Source: Syntrophorhabdaceae bacterium | Lineage (GTDB): Bacteria; Desulfobacterota; Syntrophorhabdia; Syntrophorhabdales; Syntrophorhabdaceae | Direction: 5' to 3' | Assembly: GCA_963665295.1 (NCBI GenBank) | Contig: OY762209.1 | Span: 5,408,001 to 5,472,000, forward strand | Length of the DNA stretch: 64,000 nucleotides | Part shown: positions 20,686 through 30,306 of the stretch, piece by piece | How positions within the stretch are numbered: position 1 is the first letter of the stretch | Layout: every line of letters starts with the position of its first letter | The notes under the pieces: model-generated | What the model was told of the DNA's origin: nothing | The model's input: the letters and a program-made list of their open reading frames with translations, nothing else | Database searches by the model: none | Program-made: the position numbers and the translations under genes

Positions 20686-20806
20686 CTTTTCCGTTAAACT
20701 TGTATATCTGGAAGTTTAAGATTATAATGGAAGAAGACCCGCTCCTTCCATGGCCCTATTGATTTTGCCCCTATCTTAAATAGTGCGTAATATGGCAAAC
20801 AAGAGG

Positions 20807-20835
20807 TTGCAAAGTCAATCAATATCCGCTATCAT
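20807..20835 (+). promoter_or_regulatory. Candidate sigma70 promoter for the accessory HEPN-like gene
   Basis: TTGCAA-N17-TATCAT ending 10 nt before the ORF. Confidence 0.55.
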
Positions 20836-20845
20836 GTGAAAAATT

Positions 20846-21757
20846 GTGAGTGATCAAATGGAACCAGTATGGGAACGCTATTGGCATCAGTTTCTAAATT
20901 TTGAGTTGGTGCTCAACCAGACTAAGCTTTGGTTTGCCATTGAAAAGGAACTGGCCAAGGATTTTCCGAAGCATATACCGCAGGCGCTTCTAACGAAGCT
21001 TGATCTTACTTTTGACATTCTTTCAAATGCAATAGAAGTCTATCGTAAGTCCCCTCTCTCTCCAGAGGGAAAGACCTTTCGGAAAGAGGGGATTAAACTT
21101 CCCACCGGACCGAATATCTTTATGGAATACATAAGTTGTAAGGGTGCAGCACTGAAATTAGATGATATCGATAAGAGCACGAATTTTGAAATGCTGATCT
21201 TTCAGAGAAACATCATCACGGCGTTTGCCCATGTCGATGCTTTTCTCTCGGATTCGGTACGAGCCGCGTGTGAAGCACGTCCAGAAATAATGAAGAGTAG
21301 CAAAAAAATCGAATGGGAAACAGTACTATCTTGCGGTCAATGGAACACCTTAATGCATTTCTTGATCGAGGAATATGCCAACAAGTTTAGCTGGAGGACA
21401 CTTACAGAAAGGGTCGCCTACCTAAGAGAACAATTGGGTCTTGATATGGGAATTCCGGAATGGGCTCTCTCATACTTGGACGAGGCAGAGAACGTGCGGC
21501 ACATCATGGTTCATAATGGCGGAAATGTAAGCCAGACGTATTTAGAACGCACAGGGCGAACCGATTTGGCGATAGGTCAACCTTACCCCATAACGACCTC
21601 GTATTTGGGCAGAAGAATCGAATTAATTCATCATCTGGGGGCTGCAGCATATAGAGCCGTGGCGGCGAAGTTCTTCAATAAGACAGATGAAGAATGCCCG
21701 AAAACTAAGGAATTTGGTGAACTTCCAGAACAGGACCCTTCGTTGAAGAAAGTGTAG
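20846..21757 (+). CDS. Accessory protein with HEPN-type Rx4H motif (putative RNase)
   Basis: Helical 303-aa ORF containing ENVRHIMVHNGG; AT-richer than phage core. Confidence 0.6.
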   Translation: MSDQMEPVWERYWHQFLNFELVLNQTKLWFAIEKELAKDFPKHIPQALLTKLDLTFDILSNAIEVYRKSPLSPEGKTFRKEGIKLPTGPNIFMEYISCKGAALKLDDIDKSTNFEMLIFQRNIITAFAHVDAFLSDSVRAACEARPEIMKSSKKIEWETVLSCGQWNTLMHFLIEEYANKFSWRTLTERVAYLREQLGLDMGIPEWALSYLDEAENVRHIMVHNGGNVSQTYLERTGRTDLAIGQPYPITTSYLGRRIELIHHLGAAAYRAVAAKFFNKTDEECPKTKEFGELPEQDPSLKKV

Positions 21758-21855
21758 AAGTTGCCACGAAGTAATTGGAACCTATGTTCTATTAGCAGCA
21801 TAGTGCTGCACCTGGAACGACTTCATAAACGTTCCGGCGCAAAAAAACAAACCCT

Positions 21856-22869
21856 TCACAACTTTTCCAAAGGTTTTGCCAACAGCTCGATAATAGACCT
21901 AGATCCTTGAATTTGGCTTCCATCATTTCCTGCATATCCGGTTGTTTGAGGAGAATAAATACAAGCGGCCGCATGAATAAGTACGGCATCTTGGTTCATC
22001 TTATCGGCGGCTTCTACGATCGCCTTATATGTCATTAGTGCATTCTGTCGATGGCGATTGACGATTGAGTTATGCTTGTGTGACAAAAAGTTTTTCGCAC
22101 ACAAGTATAGCATGAAGGCCAAGACAGAAAATATCATTACTTTGCTTGCTGTCAATTGCACTGTTTGATAGACATTTTCAGGTGATATCCAAGGTATCTT
22201 ATGAATAAGAATGCTCAAAGCGGCATAAATGCCGACGGCCCATGCCATATTCCTCGTCCACTTGCGCCACTTCTCTGATTCAACGTCGTGTTGGTCCGCC
22301 TCTTGTTTAAAGTATATAGCTTGTTGAGTAACCCCCTGTTCGGCAGCTACCGTTCTAATCTCTTCAAGAACCTTAATTGCAGACTCTTTGGATACTTCTA
22401 AATCAGCCTTCAGTCCATCAGATTCATCCTTGATTCTTTGCAAAGTAGCCCGCGCTTCGCCTTCAAGCCGTTCGAAATCTGTCGTTTTTGCCACAGAATA
22501 TGAAATGAAAGGATGCAGGGCATTGAAAACTGACTGATACAGGTTAGTTGTGGTGGTAATTAGAGATTGGTATTGTTGGGAACTGTCTTGTGAGAGCGGA
22601 TTAAATGTAAGAATTTGGCCAAAATGATTGAAGACGGAATCCGCCTGATTCCTGACTGCGAGTAGCTGCGACGATGGCAAATCTTCAAGAACTGAAATGG
22701 GGAGCCTTCTAAATAACGCCGAGAGGCGACGAGCAGGCTCCAACACCGCGGAAAAAGTGAAACTTTGACCCAATCGGTCTTCTTGGGGTAATGTAGAAAT
22801 GTCAAACTCTCGAATTCTTTCGAGCGACTGAATGGTCGCCATTCTGAGTTGTGTTTCCTCGGCTGTCAT
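21856..22869 (-). CDS. Accessory coiled-coil protein with two C-terminal TM helices
   Basis: 337 aa; coiled-coil middle; hydrophobic AWAVGIYAALSILI and VMIFSVLAFMLYLC segments. Confidence 0.75.
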   Translation of the reverse strand: MTAEETQLRMATIQSLERIREFDISTLPQEDRLGQSFTFSAVLEPARRLSALFRRLPISVLEDLPSSQLLAVRNQADSVFNHFGQILTFNPLSQDSSQQYQSLITTTTNLYQSVFNALHPFISYSVAKTTDFERLEGEARATLQRIKDESDGLKADLEVSKESAIKVLEEIRTVAAEQGVTQQAIYFKQEADQHDVESEKWRKWTRNMAWAVGIYAALSILIHKIPWISPENVYQTVQLTASKVMIFSVLAFMLYLCAKNFLSHKHNSIVNRHRQNALMTYKAIVEAADKMNQDAVLIHAAACIYSPQTTGYAGNDGSQIQGSRSIIELLAKPLEKL

Positions 22870-23056
22870 AGAACCTCCCTATCTAGTTTTCTAAGGTTGC
22901 ATCGCTTCGAAGTCTGTTCCACGAAAACCCCCCTCGATTCATATAATCCTCCGTATTTATCAACGCAGCCATTTAAATGACCGCCCTCTATAGGGTTCCC
23001 TTCGTCGATATGACACGCAGGGCGAAATGCCTCTCTAACGTGAAGTACGCCCGCCG

Positions 23057-23683
23057 TCATGAATTATTATCCCTCTTTTCAATTGCTTCCCGGATGCCTT
23101 CAGGCAAAGTTGAATATAACGCTTCGATTTCCTTTGGTTTAGTGATGCGATCATCCACGATAAGGTTTATTAGCCTAAATAATGTCTGTGCAATCTCAGG
23201 GGTATCACTAAGGTCCATTTCCCCCGGGTGCACGGCGTTATTTCCCACCACGCGGCAAATGTCCAGTGACTTCTGTATCATCAAAGGGAGACCCGCTTTC
23301 ACCAGCTCTCCTATATCATTATTTATGTTCTTCCCCTTTTGACCGAGATGGGGCATGAGTTTTTGAATACATAGCCTCAACAGAGCCGCCGCCCCGCGTG
23401 GAGATAGGTTTATAATCTCACGTGCTTCGAAATAGTCAATTTTGCATTCTTCAGGCATATCAGGATTAGGGAGTTCCACTGAGCCTGAAGATGGTATAAT
23501 CAGCTTCTGGCCGTACCAGTATGCGACCTTAGCGCAGTGGACGCACCGAGATATATAGATCGGAACCAGGATAGGCGCACCCTGCAAAATATGGCGGCAC
23601 TGTGACCACTCCTGCATTGCATAGACCCCGCACAAAGGGCAGTGAAATTGCGTTGCCTGAAATATGGGTGGGTAGTATTCCAT
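23057..23683 (-). CDS. DUF4145 (HEPN-superfamily) protein with N-terminal Zn ribbon
   Basis: CPLC...[31 protein letters not shown]. Confidence 0.85.
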   Translation of the reverse strand: MEYYPPIFQATQFHCPLCGVYAMQEWSQCRHILQGAPILVPIYISRCVHCAKVAYWYGQKLIIPSSGSVELPNPDMPEECKIDYFEAREIINLSPRGAAALLRLCIQKLMPHLGQKGKNINNDIGELVKAGLPLMIQKSLDICRVVGNNAVHPGEMDLSDTPEIAQTLFRLINLIVDDRITKPKEIEALYSTLPEGIREAIEKRDNNS

Positions 23684-23708
23684 AGTCTACACCTCTTTGT
23701 CCCGAAGC

Positions 23709-24158
23709 TTATTTGCTCTGGGCGGGATGCTGCGCGGGATTTTGTGGGGCGGGAAGTTTGACGCCCGGCGACGCTCCCTGAGACACGCCTGGGCACACGG
23801 TATCTTTCTGAAGGATATACCCGGGCTGGATAGTAGAATCCATCAGCTTTTGAGGCTCTATGTACCATCTATTCGTATCCAGCCGCGTGAGGCGAAAAGA
23901 CGTCCCGCTTCCCGCCTCACCGGTATCAAACCGGTAGTACAAATACACATAATACGAGTTGGGAACAGACGGGTCCTTGGTCTTGCCTGCGTATACCCAT
24001 CCCGTTGAAGAAGTACCCATGGAGCATGTGCCCCAGGCGACTATAAGGTCCTCCGGGGGAAACTTGCTGCTTATGTAATCGTCGGCGTGGGCAACGGTGC
24101 CCCCGACTGTCAACATCAATGCAATAGCAATAATACCGGTAATAAATGATTTCTTCAT
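23709..24158 (-). CDS. Exported hypothetical protein downstream of the repressor
   Basis: Signal peptide MKKSFITGIIAIALMLTVGGTVAHA; purine-rich RBS before ATG 24158. Confidence 0.7.
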   Translation of the reverse strand: MKKSFITGIIAIALMLTVGGTVAHADDYISSKFPPEDLIVAWGTCSMGTSSTGWVYAGKTKDPSVPNSYYVYLYYRFDTGEAGSGTSFRLTRLDTNRWYIEPQKLMDSTIQPGYILQKDTVCPGVSQGASPGVKLPAPQNPAQHPAQSK

Positions 24159-24342
24159 GATATCCCCCTTCATTCCTTGTGCTCCGAAAGCATGAATGCG
24201 CTCATAGGCCAACTATAGAACAACTCATAACCAGCGGTAATGAGGGTAAAATCCCTTGGATATGCGAGCGATTGAATGTACATCCACCGCTCGTTCGTGT
24301 AGATCGTGACGCAGTCATCCTGTGTTGAATTACCCCCTTCTA

Positions 24343-24921
24343 TTATTTCCCATCTTCCCCGCCCGCTTGTTTCTTCGCCCCTTTCGCTTCCTGTGTTTTA
24401 AAGTCGTCTTCGCGGGGTTCAAGGAGTCGCCTCCTGATGGCATCCATATCCGCTTCGAGCTGGGCAACTTTCCGCTTCAGCGCGTCAACCTCTTCTTTAT
24501 ATCGGACCCTCCCTTGAAACGCATAAACGTTTTGCAGTAGAGCAAGTTTCGCATCATCGTCCGTGCTCGTCAGGACCTCGGCGGCCGCATCGAGCGCCGG
24601 CTGAAGGTCCTGAATATCCTTCCCGTGAGAAATTGGGGGCATTTGAATACCGGCGTCATAGAATACCCCGCCGTCCCTTATTCCAGAGGGCTGATTGAGT
24701 TTTATCTCCGGTGCTTTCCTCAGTTCCATCGAGCCTTCGCCAGTCATTATCCAATTGAGATTAAACCCGAGCGCTGCGAGAGATTCAAGGACCTCAAATC
24801 CAGGCTTATGTATCCCCCGCTCATATCCTTGCCACCCTTTAGGCGAGATGCGCAGGAGGTGCGCCATCGCCTCTTGGCTCTTTCCTAAGGATAATCTTAT
24901 GCCCTTCAGACGCTCATTCAT
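24343..24921 (-). CDS. Prophage repressor (XRE/CI-type HTH)
   Basis: ERLKGIRLSLGKSQEAMA...YERGIHKP...NLNWIMTGEGSM; divergent from the early operon. Confidence 0.88.
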   Translation of the reverse strand: MNERLKGIRLSLGKSQEAMAHLLRISPKGWQGYERGIHKPGFEVLESLAALGFNLNWIMTGEGSMELRKAPEIKLNQPSGIRDGGVFYDAGIQMPPISHGKDIQDLQPALDAAAEVLTSTDDDAKLALLQNVYAFQGRVRYKEEVDALKRKVAQLEADMDAIRRRLLEPREDDFKTQEAKGAKKQAGGEDGK

Positions 24922-24935
24922 GGATACTATTTTGC

Positions 24936-25110
24936 GTCAGTACTTTTAACCAAAGTACTGACCTGAGTTCTGACCGAATCAGAAAGTTCTGACGCGGATA
25001 AAATCCGCAATTATTTACGATACTTGGCAATATACCTATTAACTTAGCCAAAACAAGAGTACTGACGCCTATTATTTTACTTGACAGGGATAGTTTAATA
25101 GGTCTAAACT
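24936..25110. promoter_or_regulatory. Immunity/operator region with early promoter
   Basis: Five AGTWCTGAC copies (24936 inverted, 24954, 24966, 24985, 25058), three CCTATTA copies, TTGACA-N18-TAAACT at 25081-25110. Confidence 0.75.
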
Positions 25111-25118
25111 CTCTCATT

Positions 25119-25343
25119 ATGGATATCAAGTTAACCCCACCGGCAAAAATAAAAGGCCTTATGAGCGACCGCAAAACTTCGGCGGCGGCTATCGCCCGAG
25201 AACTCAACGTCTCGCGTGTTTTTGTCCATCTCACCATCGTGGGCAAGAAAAAGGGAACCCGTGTCCGGGAGATTCTTTCCGCGAGACTTGACCTCCCCTC
25301 GGACTTCTGGTCGGAGATGGATCGATGGAGGAAAGCTGCATGA
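25119..25343 (+). CDS. Ner/Cro-like HTH regulator
   Basis: 74 aa, SAAAIARELNVSRVFV HTH, first early gene. Confidence 0.8.
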   Translation: MDIKLTPPAKIKGLMSDRKTSAAAIARELNVSRVFVHLTIVGKKKGTRVREILSARLDLPSDFWSEMDRWRKAA

Positions 25344-25382
25344 AATTGTCTGCCGGTCATCAATCGGATTTGTGCACTCATT

Positions 25383-25904
25383 ATGAAAACAGTCTACACG
25401 GAAAGGAGAATACCGTCAATGTCAAAACGAAAGCTGATAATTGACAAAAACCAGATGGGGCTATTCGAGTATCTCAAGCCCCAGGCCCCTCCCGCCCCGG
25501 GCAGCGTAAACGTCAGCCTCCGCATCCGTCAGGCGGTGTCACAGGCTATTAAGCGGTCGGGGAGAGACCGCATAGACATATGCGCGGAACTCTACAAGCT
25601 CACCGGCACGGAAGTATCAAAGGCCAGTCTCGACAAGTGGTCTGCCGAGTCAGGGGACATATCATCCGACCACATCGACAACAATGGAAATAAAAGGTGG
25701 GGAATCCCGGGAGAGATCGTCCCGGCATTCTGTCTCGTAACAAACGATTATGAGGTGCTCTACATAATCACGGAAGCAGGAAACCACAAGGCCCTGAGAG
25801 GAAAGGACGTGGTCCGCGCCAGAGCGGGTCTCCTCAAAGAAGAGATTACGAAGAAGCAACACGAACTCAAGGAGCTAGAAAAAGCATTATTGGAGGGAAA
25901 ATGA
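25383..25904 (+). CDS. Phage early hypothetical protein (regulatory-type); alternative start 25419
   Basis: ORF in early operon; AAGGAG before 25419. Confidence 0.7.
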   Translation: MKTVYTERRIPSMSKRKLIIDKNQMGLFEYLKPQAPPAPGSVNVSLRIRQAVSQAIKRSGRDRIDICAELYKLTGTEVSKASLDKWSAESGDISSDHIDNNGNKRWGIPGEIVPAFCLVTNDYEVLYIITEAGNHKALRGKDVVRARAGLLKEEITKKQHELKELEKALLEGK

Positions 25905-26110
25905 ACCGGGAACTAGAGATTCTTGCAGACCGATGGGAAAAAAGAGCGCGCCGGAAATGGCGCGATGCTGAGCGGGAGCAAAACCCGATGGGAAAACGGC
26001 TGATTGAACACGGGGCCACCTGTTATCAAAATTGTGCCCGCGAACTTAGGGAAGCCCTAAAGTCTGTTTCGCCTCAGTCTTTAACCATTGAAGAAGGAGA
26101 TCAAAAGTGA
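25901..26110 (+). CDS. Phage hypothetical protein
   Basis: GGAGG RBS and start overlapping upstream stop. Confidence 0.6.
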   Translation: MNRELEILADRWEKRARRKWRDAEREQNPMGKRLIEHGATCYQNCARELREALKSVSPQSLTIEEGDQK

Positions 26111-26414
26111 AAGATGCTGCTGGTTTCAGTACTGATTGTCTTGCCTTGTTCCAGACGGACTCGTCTTTTGCTGCGTCGAGGAACTCGTGGCCTTGCCAAG
26201 TGAGATTTCCGGGGTCCCAATCAAATCCGTCAGGTCCCATGCTCGAAACGTCCTCCGCTTCGATCAGGCCAGCCTCGCATAATAACTTGATGTGATATGA
26301 CACCTGACTGCTGCTATAGCCATCTATTTCCGGGCTGTCATGAAGACCCCAAGGGTCCTCACATTCTTCTATTTTCTTCAGTATTGAACGAGCAAGGTCA
26401 AGATCGCGCTTCAT
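26046..26414 (-). CDS. DUF2513-like protein, antisense to the early operon
   Basis: MKRDLDLARSILKKIEE...YHIKLL...LTWQGHEFLDAA. Confidence 0.85.
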   Translation of the reverse strand: MKRDLDLARSILKKIEECEDPWGLHDSPEIDGYSSSQVSYHIKLLCEAGLIEAEDVSSMGPDGFDWDPGNLTWQGHEFLDAAKDESVWNKARQSVLKPAASFTFDLLLQWLKTEAKQTLGLP

Positions 26415-26466
26415 GCTGGGCCTTAGTCATTATATCACAAGGCGTTTTAGAAGGGGAAACAAAATT

Positions 26467-28692
26467 ATGAACGAGTGGTTGACAGCAAAGGAACTGGCGG
26501 GACTCACCATGATGCCCAAAACGGAAAGCGGGGTAATAAGGAAAGCTCTCGCCGAACAATGGTCCTTCCGTGACGTTCCAGGCAAAGGGGGTCCTCGCGG
26601 GATGCGCCGCCAATACCACATATCCGCCCTCCCCGAAGAGACCCGCGTGGCGATCCTCACCGCCGCCGCGTGCCCGGCTCCGGCCCCCGATGCCGAGCCC
26701 GCCCCTGAAACCACCCCGGAGGCCCTTGAGGCTTATCTTTCCACGCGCCGCATTACCCTTTCCCCCGCGCAACTCGCGGACCCCGCGTTACAGCGCAAGC
26801 TCGCGGTCGCCCGCGCCGTCAACGCCTGCCCCGCCTATTCCGGCCGGGAAAAGCTTATCAGCTCCCTCGCCTCCGAGCACGGCGTAACCCCGATCACCAT
26901 CAGACGTTGGGTTGACTATGTGGAAACCCTTCCCGCGCGCACCTCGAAGCCCCGCGTGAAATTGGGCGACGAGCGCATAGATATCCCCGAGACCCACGCC
27001 TTCACCCCCGAGGCCCTCGCGTGCGGCCTTATGAGTTATGCAAATGACATGAAGGCCGGGTTGAAATCCGCCTACCGCGCCATGCAGTCACAGGCCCCCT
27101 CCCGGGAATGGCGGATGGGCGATTATGTCTCATTCACCCGCCTCGTGAAAAAGCTCCCGGACGCCCTCTGGCTGCGCATCCGCAAAGGGGCGATAGGGTT
27201 CGAGCTGCACGGCCTCCCGAAGATTATCAAGCAATGGACCGCAATTCCCGTGCAGAGCGTCCTTTGTGGCGACCAGAAGATTTTTGACTATACAATCTAC
27301 GATCCTAAAATGGACGAACTGATCAACCCGAACGGGTACCTCTGGATGGATTGCTCGTCACGCATGATCAACGGCGCATCGATCGAGTTCGGCCATTATA
27401 ACAGCTACACAGTGGCCAACGCCCTGCGGCACGCGCTCAGCTTCGGCAATCCCGATGAACTTTACACGGACTGGGGCAAACCGGAGGGAAGCAAACACAT
27501 CGCGGGCATCAGAGCCGCCCTCAACGGGCATTCGCTTTCCGGCGATTTCCAACAGATGGAGGACAAATACGGCCTATTCGATGAGGACGTGAAGGAGCGC
27601 AAATCGCGGCCCGGCGTACCCTGGGTAAAGCCCATTGAAAATATCAATAACTTGATCGAGCAGCGCCTTACCTCGAAGGGCCTTCCCGGGTACCGCAAGC
27701 GCAAAGGGGATGCATGGGAGAACAAGGAGGTCCAGGAACTCCTCAAAAAACAGGCGAAAAAGGGTATGCTCATGACGCCCGAACGGTTTGTTACCGAGGT
27801 GTACACCGTGATCGATGAGCATAACCGGGCGCAAAAGGTCCTGAAAGAGGGCCGGACCATCATCCCCCTCGACTTTTTCCACACCGGCCTCATGACACAG
27901 CGCAGAGATGTTTTTGATAGTACCACGCTCAATTACATATGCCTTCCCCGCGTAGCCCGCCAGCCGCTTCAGTGCGTGGTGAGCGTCATGGTGCGCCGTG
28001 AAAAGAGGGGCTACTACAGCCCCAAATTGTCGGGATGGAGAAAGGGCAAGGTGTGGGTCGCCTATGACCCCTATGACCGGTACGCTCCCGCGGTAATAAG
28101 CGATGAGCGCGGAGACATAATCGACATCGCGGGCCCGTGGCACGTGCAAAACCCCTACGATAAGGAAGGGGTTTCCGAAAAACGCCACCGCCAAGCCGAG
28201 CTTATGAAATGGGTAAACGAACACGCCCGCCGTCTGAAAGAAGGCTTTGACCTCTACAAACCGGAGGTCATGGAGAAGGCCCCCATCAAATTGACGAGTG
28301 TCACCGGCCCGGCCGCGGAGGCCGAAAAGGGCGTAAAAATCTACCACCTCCGCAAACAGGAGGAAAGACAGGAAACAAAGCGGATCGCCCAGGAAGCAGC
28401 GCGGGGTCAAAAAGAGCTTGAGGCCGAATTTGCTGCGGTAGCCTCCAATGGACCCGCCGAGATCGACGGATGGTCCCTTGGCGAGGGGAGGGATAGATAT
28501 ATTTTCTGGCTCACCCTCTCATACCGGGTGACCCTCGATCAGGCCCTTACCGAAAAAGAGCAGTATTTCTACACCCAATATCCCAACACAGGGGATTACC
28601 GGTCGTGTCGCACCCTACATGAGGATTTTGGAGAAAAATACATAGGAGGAGATGAATGCCGGAGCAAACCAAGGTTGGAAAGGGTACAATAG
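26467..28692 (+). CDS. Mu-like DDE transposase (MuA) with N-terminal Mu-type HTH
   Basis: EWLTAKELAGL...YHISALP N-terminal HTH; core residues CGD, YTDWG, KPIE; followed by AAA ATPase. Confidence 0.9.
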   Translation: MNEWLTAKELAGLTMMPKTESGVIRKALAEQWSFRDVPGKGGPRGMRRQYHISALPEETRVAILTAAACPAPAPDAEPAPETTPEALEAYLSTRRITLSPAQLADPALQRKLAVARAVNACPAYSGREKLISSLASEHGVTPITIRRWVDYVETLPARTSKPRVKLGDERIDIPETHAFTPEALACGLMSYANDMKAGLKSAYRAMQSQAPSREWRMGDYVSFTRLVKKLPDALWLRIRKGAIGFELHGLPKIIKQWTAIPVQSVLCGDQKIFDYTIYDPKMDELINPNGYLWMDCSSRMINGASIEFGHYNSYTVANALRHALSFGNPDELYTDWGKPEGSKHIAGIRAALNGHSLSGDFQQMEDKYGLFDEDVKERKSRPGVPWVKPIENINNLIEQRLTSKGLPGYRKRKGDAWENKEVQELLKKQAKKGMLMTPERFVTEVYTVIDEHNRAQKVLKEGRTIIPLDFFHTGLMTQRRDVFDSTTLNYICLPRVARQPLQCVVSVMVRREKRGYYSPKLSGWRKGKVWVAYDPYDRYAPAVISDERGDIIDIAGPWHVQNPYDKEGVSEKRHRQAELMKWVNEHARRLKEGFDLYKPEVMEKAPIKLTSVTGPAAEAEKGVKIYHLRKQEERQETKRIAQEAARGQKELEAEFAAVASNGPAEIDGWSLGEGRDRYIFWLTLSYRVTLDQALTEKEQYFYTQYPNTGDYRSCRTLHEDFGEKYIGGDECRSKPRLERVQ

Positions 28693-29420
28693 CGCCCCTC
28701 AAGAATGTCGCCCTCGCCTTGAAGGCGATGGACGGGGCCTTTGAGCGCATGGCTCAGCGCGAGGACGGAGAGCCGGGAATGGTCTGTCTCTACGGCCCCG
28801 CAGGAATAGGCAAGTCTCACGCGGCAACGTACACGATGATCAAACACAGGGCCTATTATGTCCAGGTGAGAAGTACGTGGACCAAGAAAGACATTCTTTC
28901 GGCGATTGTGGAAGACATGGGCATTCCGAAAGAGCGCACCATGTCGGGCCTCACGGGCCAGATCGGGCGTCAGCTCATTGAGACCGGCCGACCACTCATC
29001 GTTGACGAAATGGACCATGTGGTAAAGAGGGACGCGGTAGACATCATCAGGGACCTCTATGACATTGCCCACGTGCCTATCATGCTCGTAGGGGAGGAGA
29101 AGCTCCCCGACAACCTCAAGAAACAGGAGCGTTTTCATCGCCGCGTCTTCGACTGGGTGCCCGCCCAGCCCGCAGACGCCCGGGACGCCAAAATTTTAGC
29201 GCCCTTCTATGCCCGGCGTATCGAGATATCCGACGACCTCCTTGCCGAAGTGGCCTCTCATGCAAAAGGGTCGCTCTCCCGCATATCGGTCAACTTATCG
29301 AGGATCGAGCGCGAGAGCCTTGAAGTAGGGAAAACCATAATGGACCTCATAACCTGGGTAGGCATGAAAAAGGGTTTCTGGACCGGGGAAGGCGTGGTCA
29401 GGGGGGAATACGTACCGTGA
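28656..29420 (+). CDS. Transposition ATPase (MuB-like)
   Basis: Walker A GPAGIGKS, Walker B LIVDEMD. Confidence 0.9.
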   Translation: MPEQTKVGKGTIAPLKNVALALKAMDGAFERMAQREDGEPGMVCLYGPAGIGKSHAATYTMIKHRAYYVQVRSTWTKKDILSAIVEDMGIPKERTMSGLTGQIGRQLIETGRPLIVDEMDHVVKRDAVDIIRDLYDIAHVPIMLVGEEKLPDNLKKQERFHRRVFDWVPAQPADARDAKILAPFYARRIEISDDLLAEVASHAKGSLSRISVNLSRIERESLEVGKTIMDLITWVGMKKGFWTGEGVVRGEYVP

Positions 29421-29998
29421 CCCATCAACGTAACCACGACAATCTGTGGCAAAGGGTGAGAAAGCTCAAAAAGGTCGCCCCGGAGGAGATCATAGAACTC
29501 GCCTTCTCAGTGAGGGCAAGCGCCGCGTCGGTAACCCTTAACCTCGACAAATGGACGCTCTCCGGCCACCTCGAAAAGACGGACGCCGGGTACCGCCTTG
29601 TGAAGGACTCACGAGAGGCCCCCATAGTCCGGGCGGATGGCACGGTAATGGTCCGGGACAGCGGCCAACAGCGCATGTGGAGAATCCTCCAGGTCAGGGG
29701 ACGGGCAACGATCAGCGAACTCATCATGTACGGGAGCCTCGAAAACAACCCGGTCTCCCGGGATGGAGCGGTGACGTTCGCGAAATACCTGGAATACGCC
29801 GGGTATCTCCGGAGGGCCGCAAGGACCCCCAAGGGGGCGCGCTTCGCCTTCGAGCGGGCGACGTTTATCCTCATTAAAAACACCGGCCCCGTGGCCCCGC
29901 AGATCACCAGGGCAAAAGAAGGGAGAGGAAAAGAAGTGTATGACCGGAACCTGAGGAAAACGGTCTGGACAACGGAAAAAGGGATGGTGGAGGCATGA
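29417..29998 (+). CDS. Phage hypothetical protein typical of the locus after MuB (winged-helix-like)
   Basis: GTGA coupling; QQRMWRIL, NTGPVAPQI...VYDRN. Confidence 0.7.
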   Translation: MTHQRNHDNLWQRVRKLKKVAPEEIIELAFSVRASAASVTLNLDKWTLSGHLEKTDAGYRLVKDSREAPIVRADGTVMVRDSGQQRMWRILQVRGRATISELIMYGSLENNPVSRDGAVTFAKYLEYAGYLRRAARTPKGARFAFERATFILIKNTGPVAPQITRAKEGRGKEVYDRNLRKTVWTTEKGMVEA

Positions 29999-30306
29999 CG
30001 ACAGAGGACCTGCAACGGATCGTTGAAAAAGAGGGGCTCCAGGCCGTGGCTGACAGGATCGGCAAAAGCAAGACCGCAGTATGCCACGTCGTGAGGGGAA
30101 CTTATAAGGGCAAGCCGGACAGAGTTCTCGACGCGGCGGAAGAGGCATATTCGCAACGGATCATTGAATGCCCCGTGAAAGGGGAAATCAGTTATGCGGA
30201 GTGCGTAGAAAATTCGCGCCTGCCCTTTTCCAGCGTAAACCCTATAAGGGTCAGACTCGCAAGGACGTGTCCGAGATGCGGGCACAAGACGGGGAGGGAT
30301 ATGTAA
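29995..30306 (+). CDS. HTH protein with Cys-rich C-terminus
   Basis: AVADRIGKSKTAVCHVVRGTYKG; CPVKG..C..CPRC. Confidence 0.75.
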   Translation: MTTEDLQRIVEKEGLQAVADRIGKSKTAVCHVVRGTYKGKPDRVLDAAEEAYSQRIIECPVKGEISYAECVENSRLPFSSVNPIRVRLARTCPRCGHKTGRDM

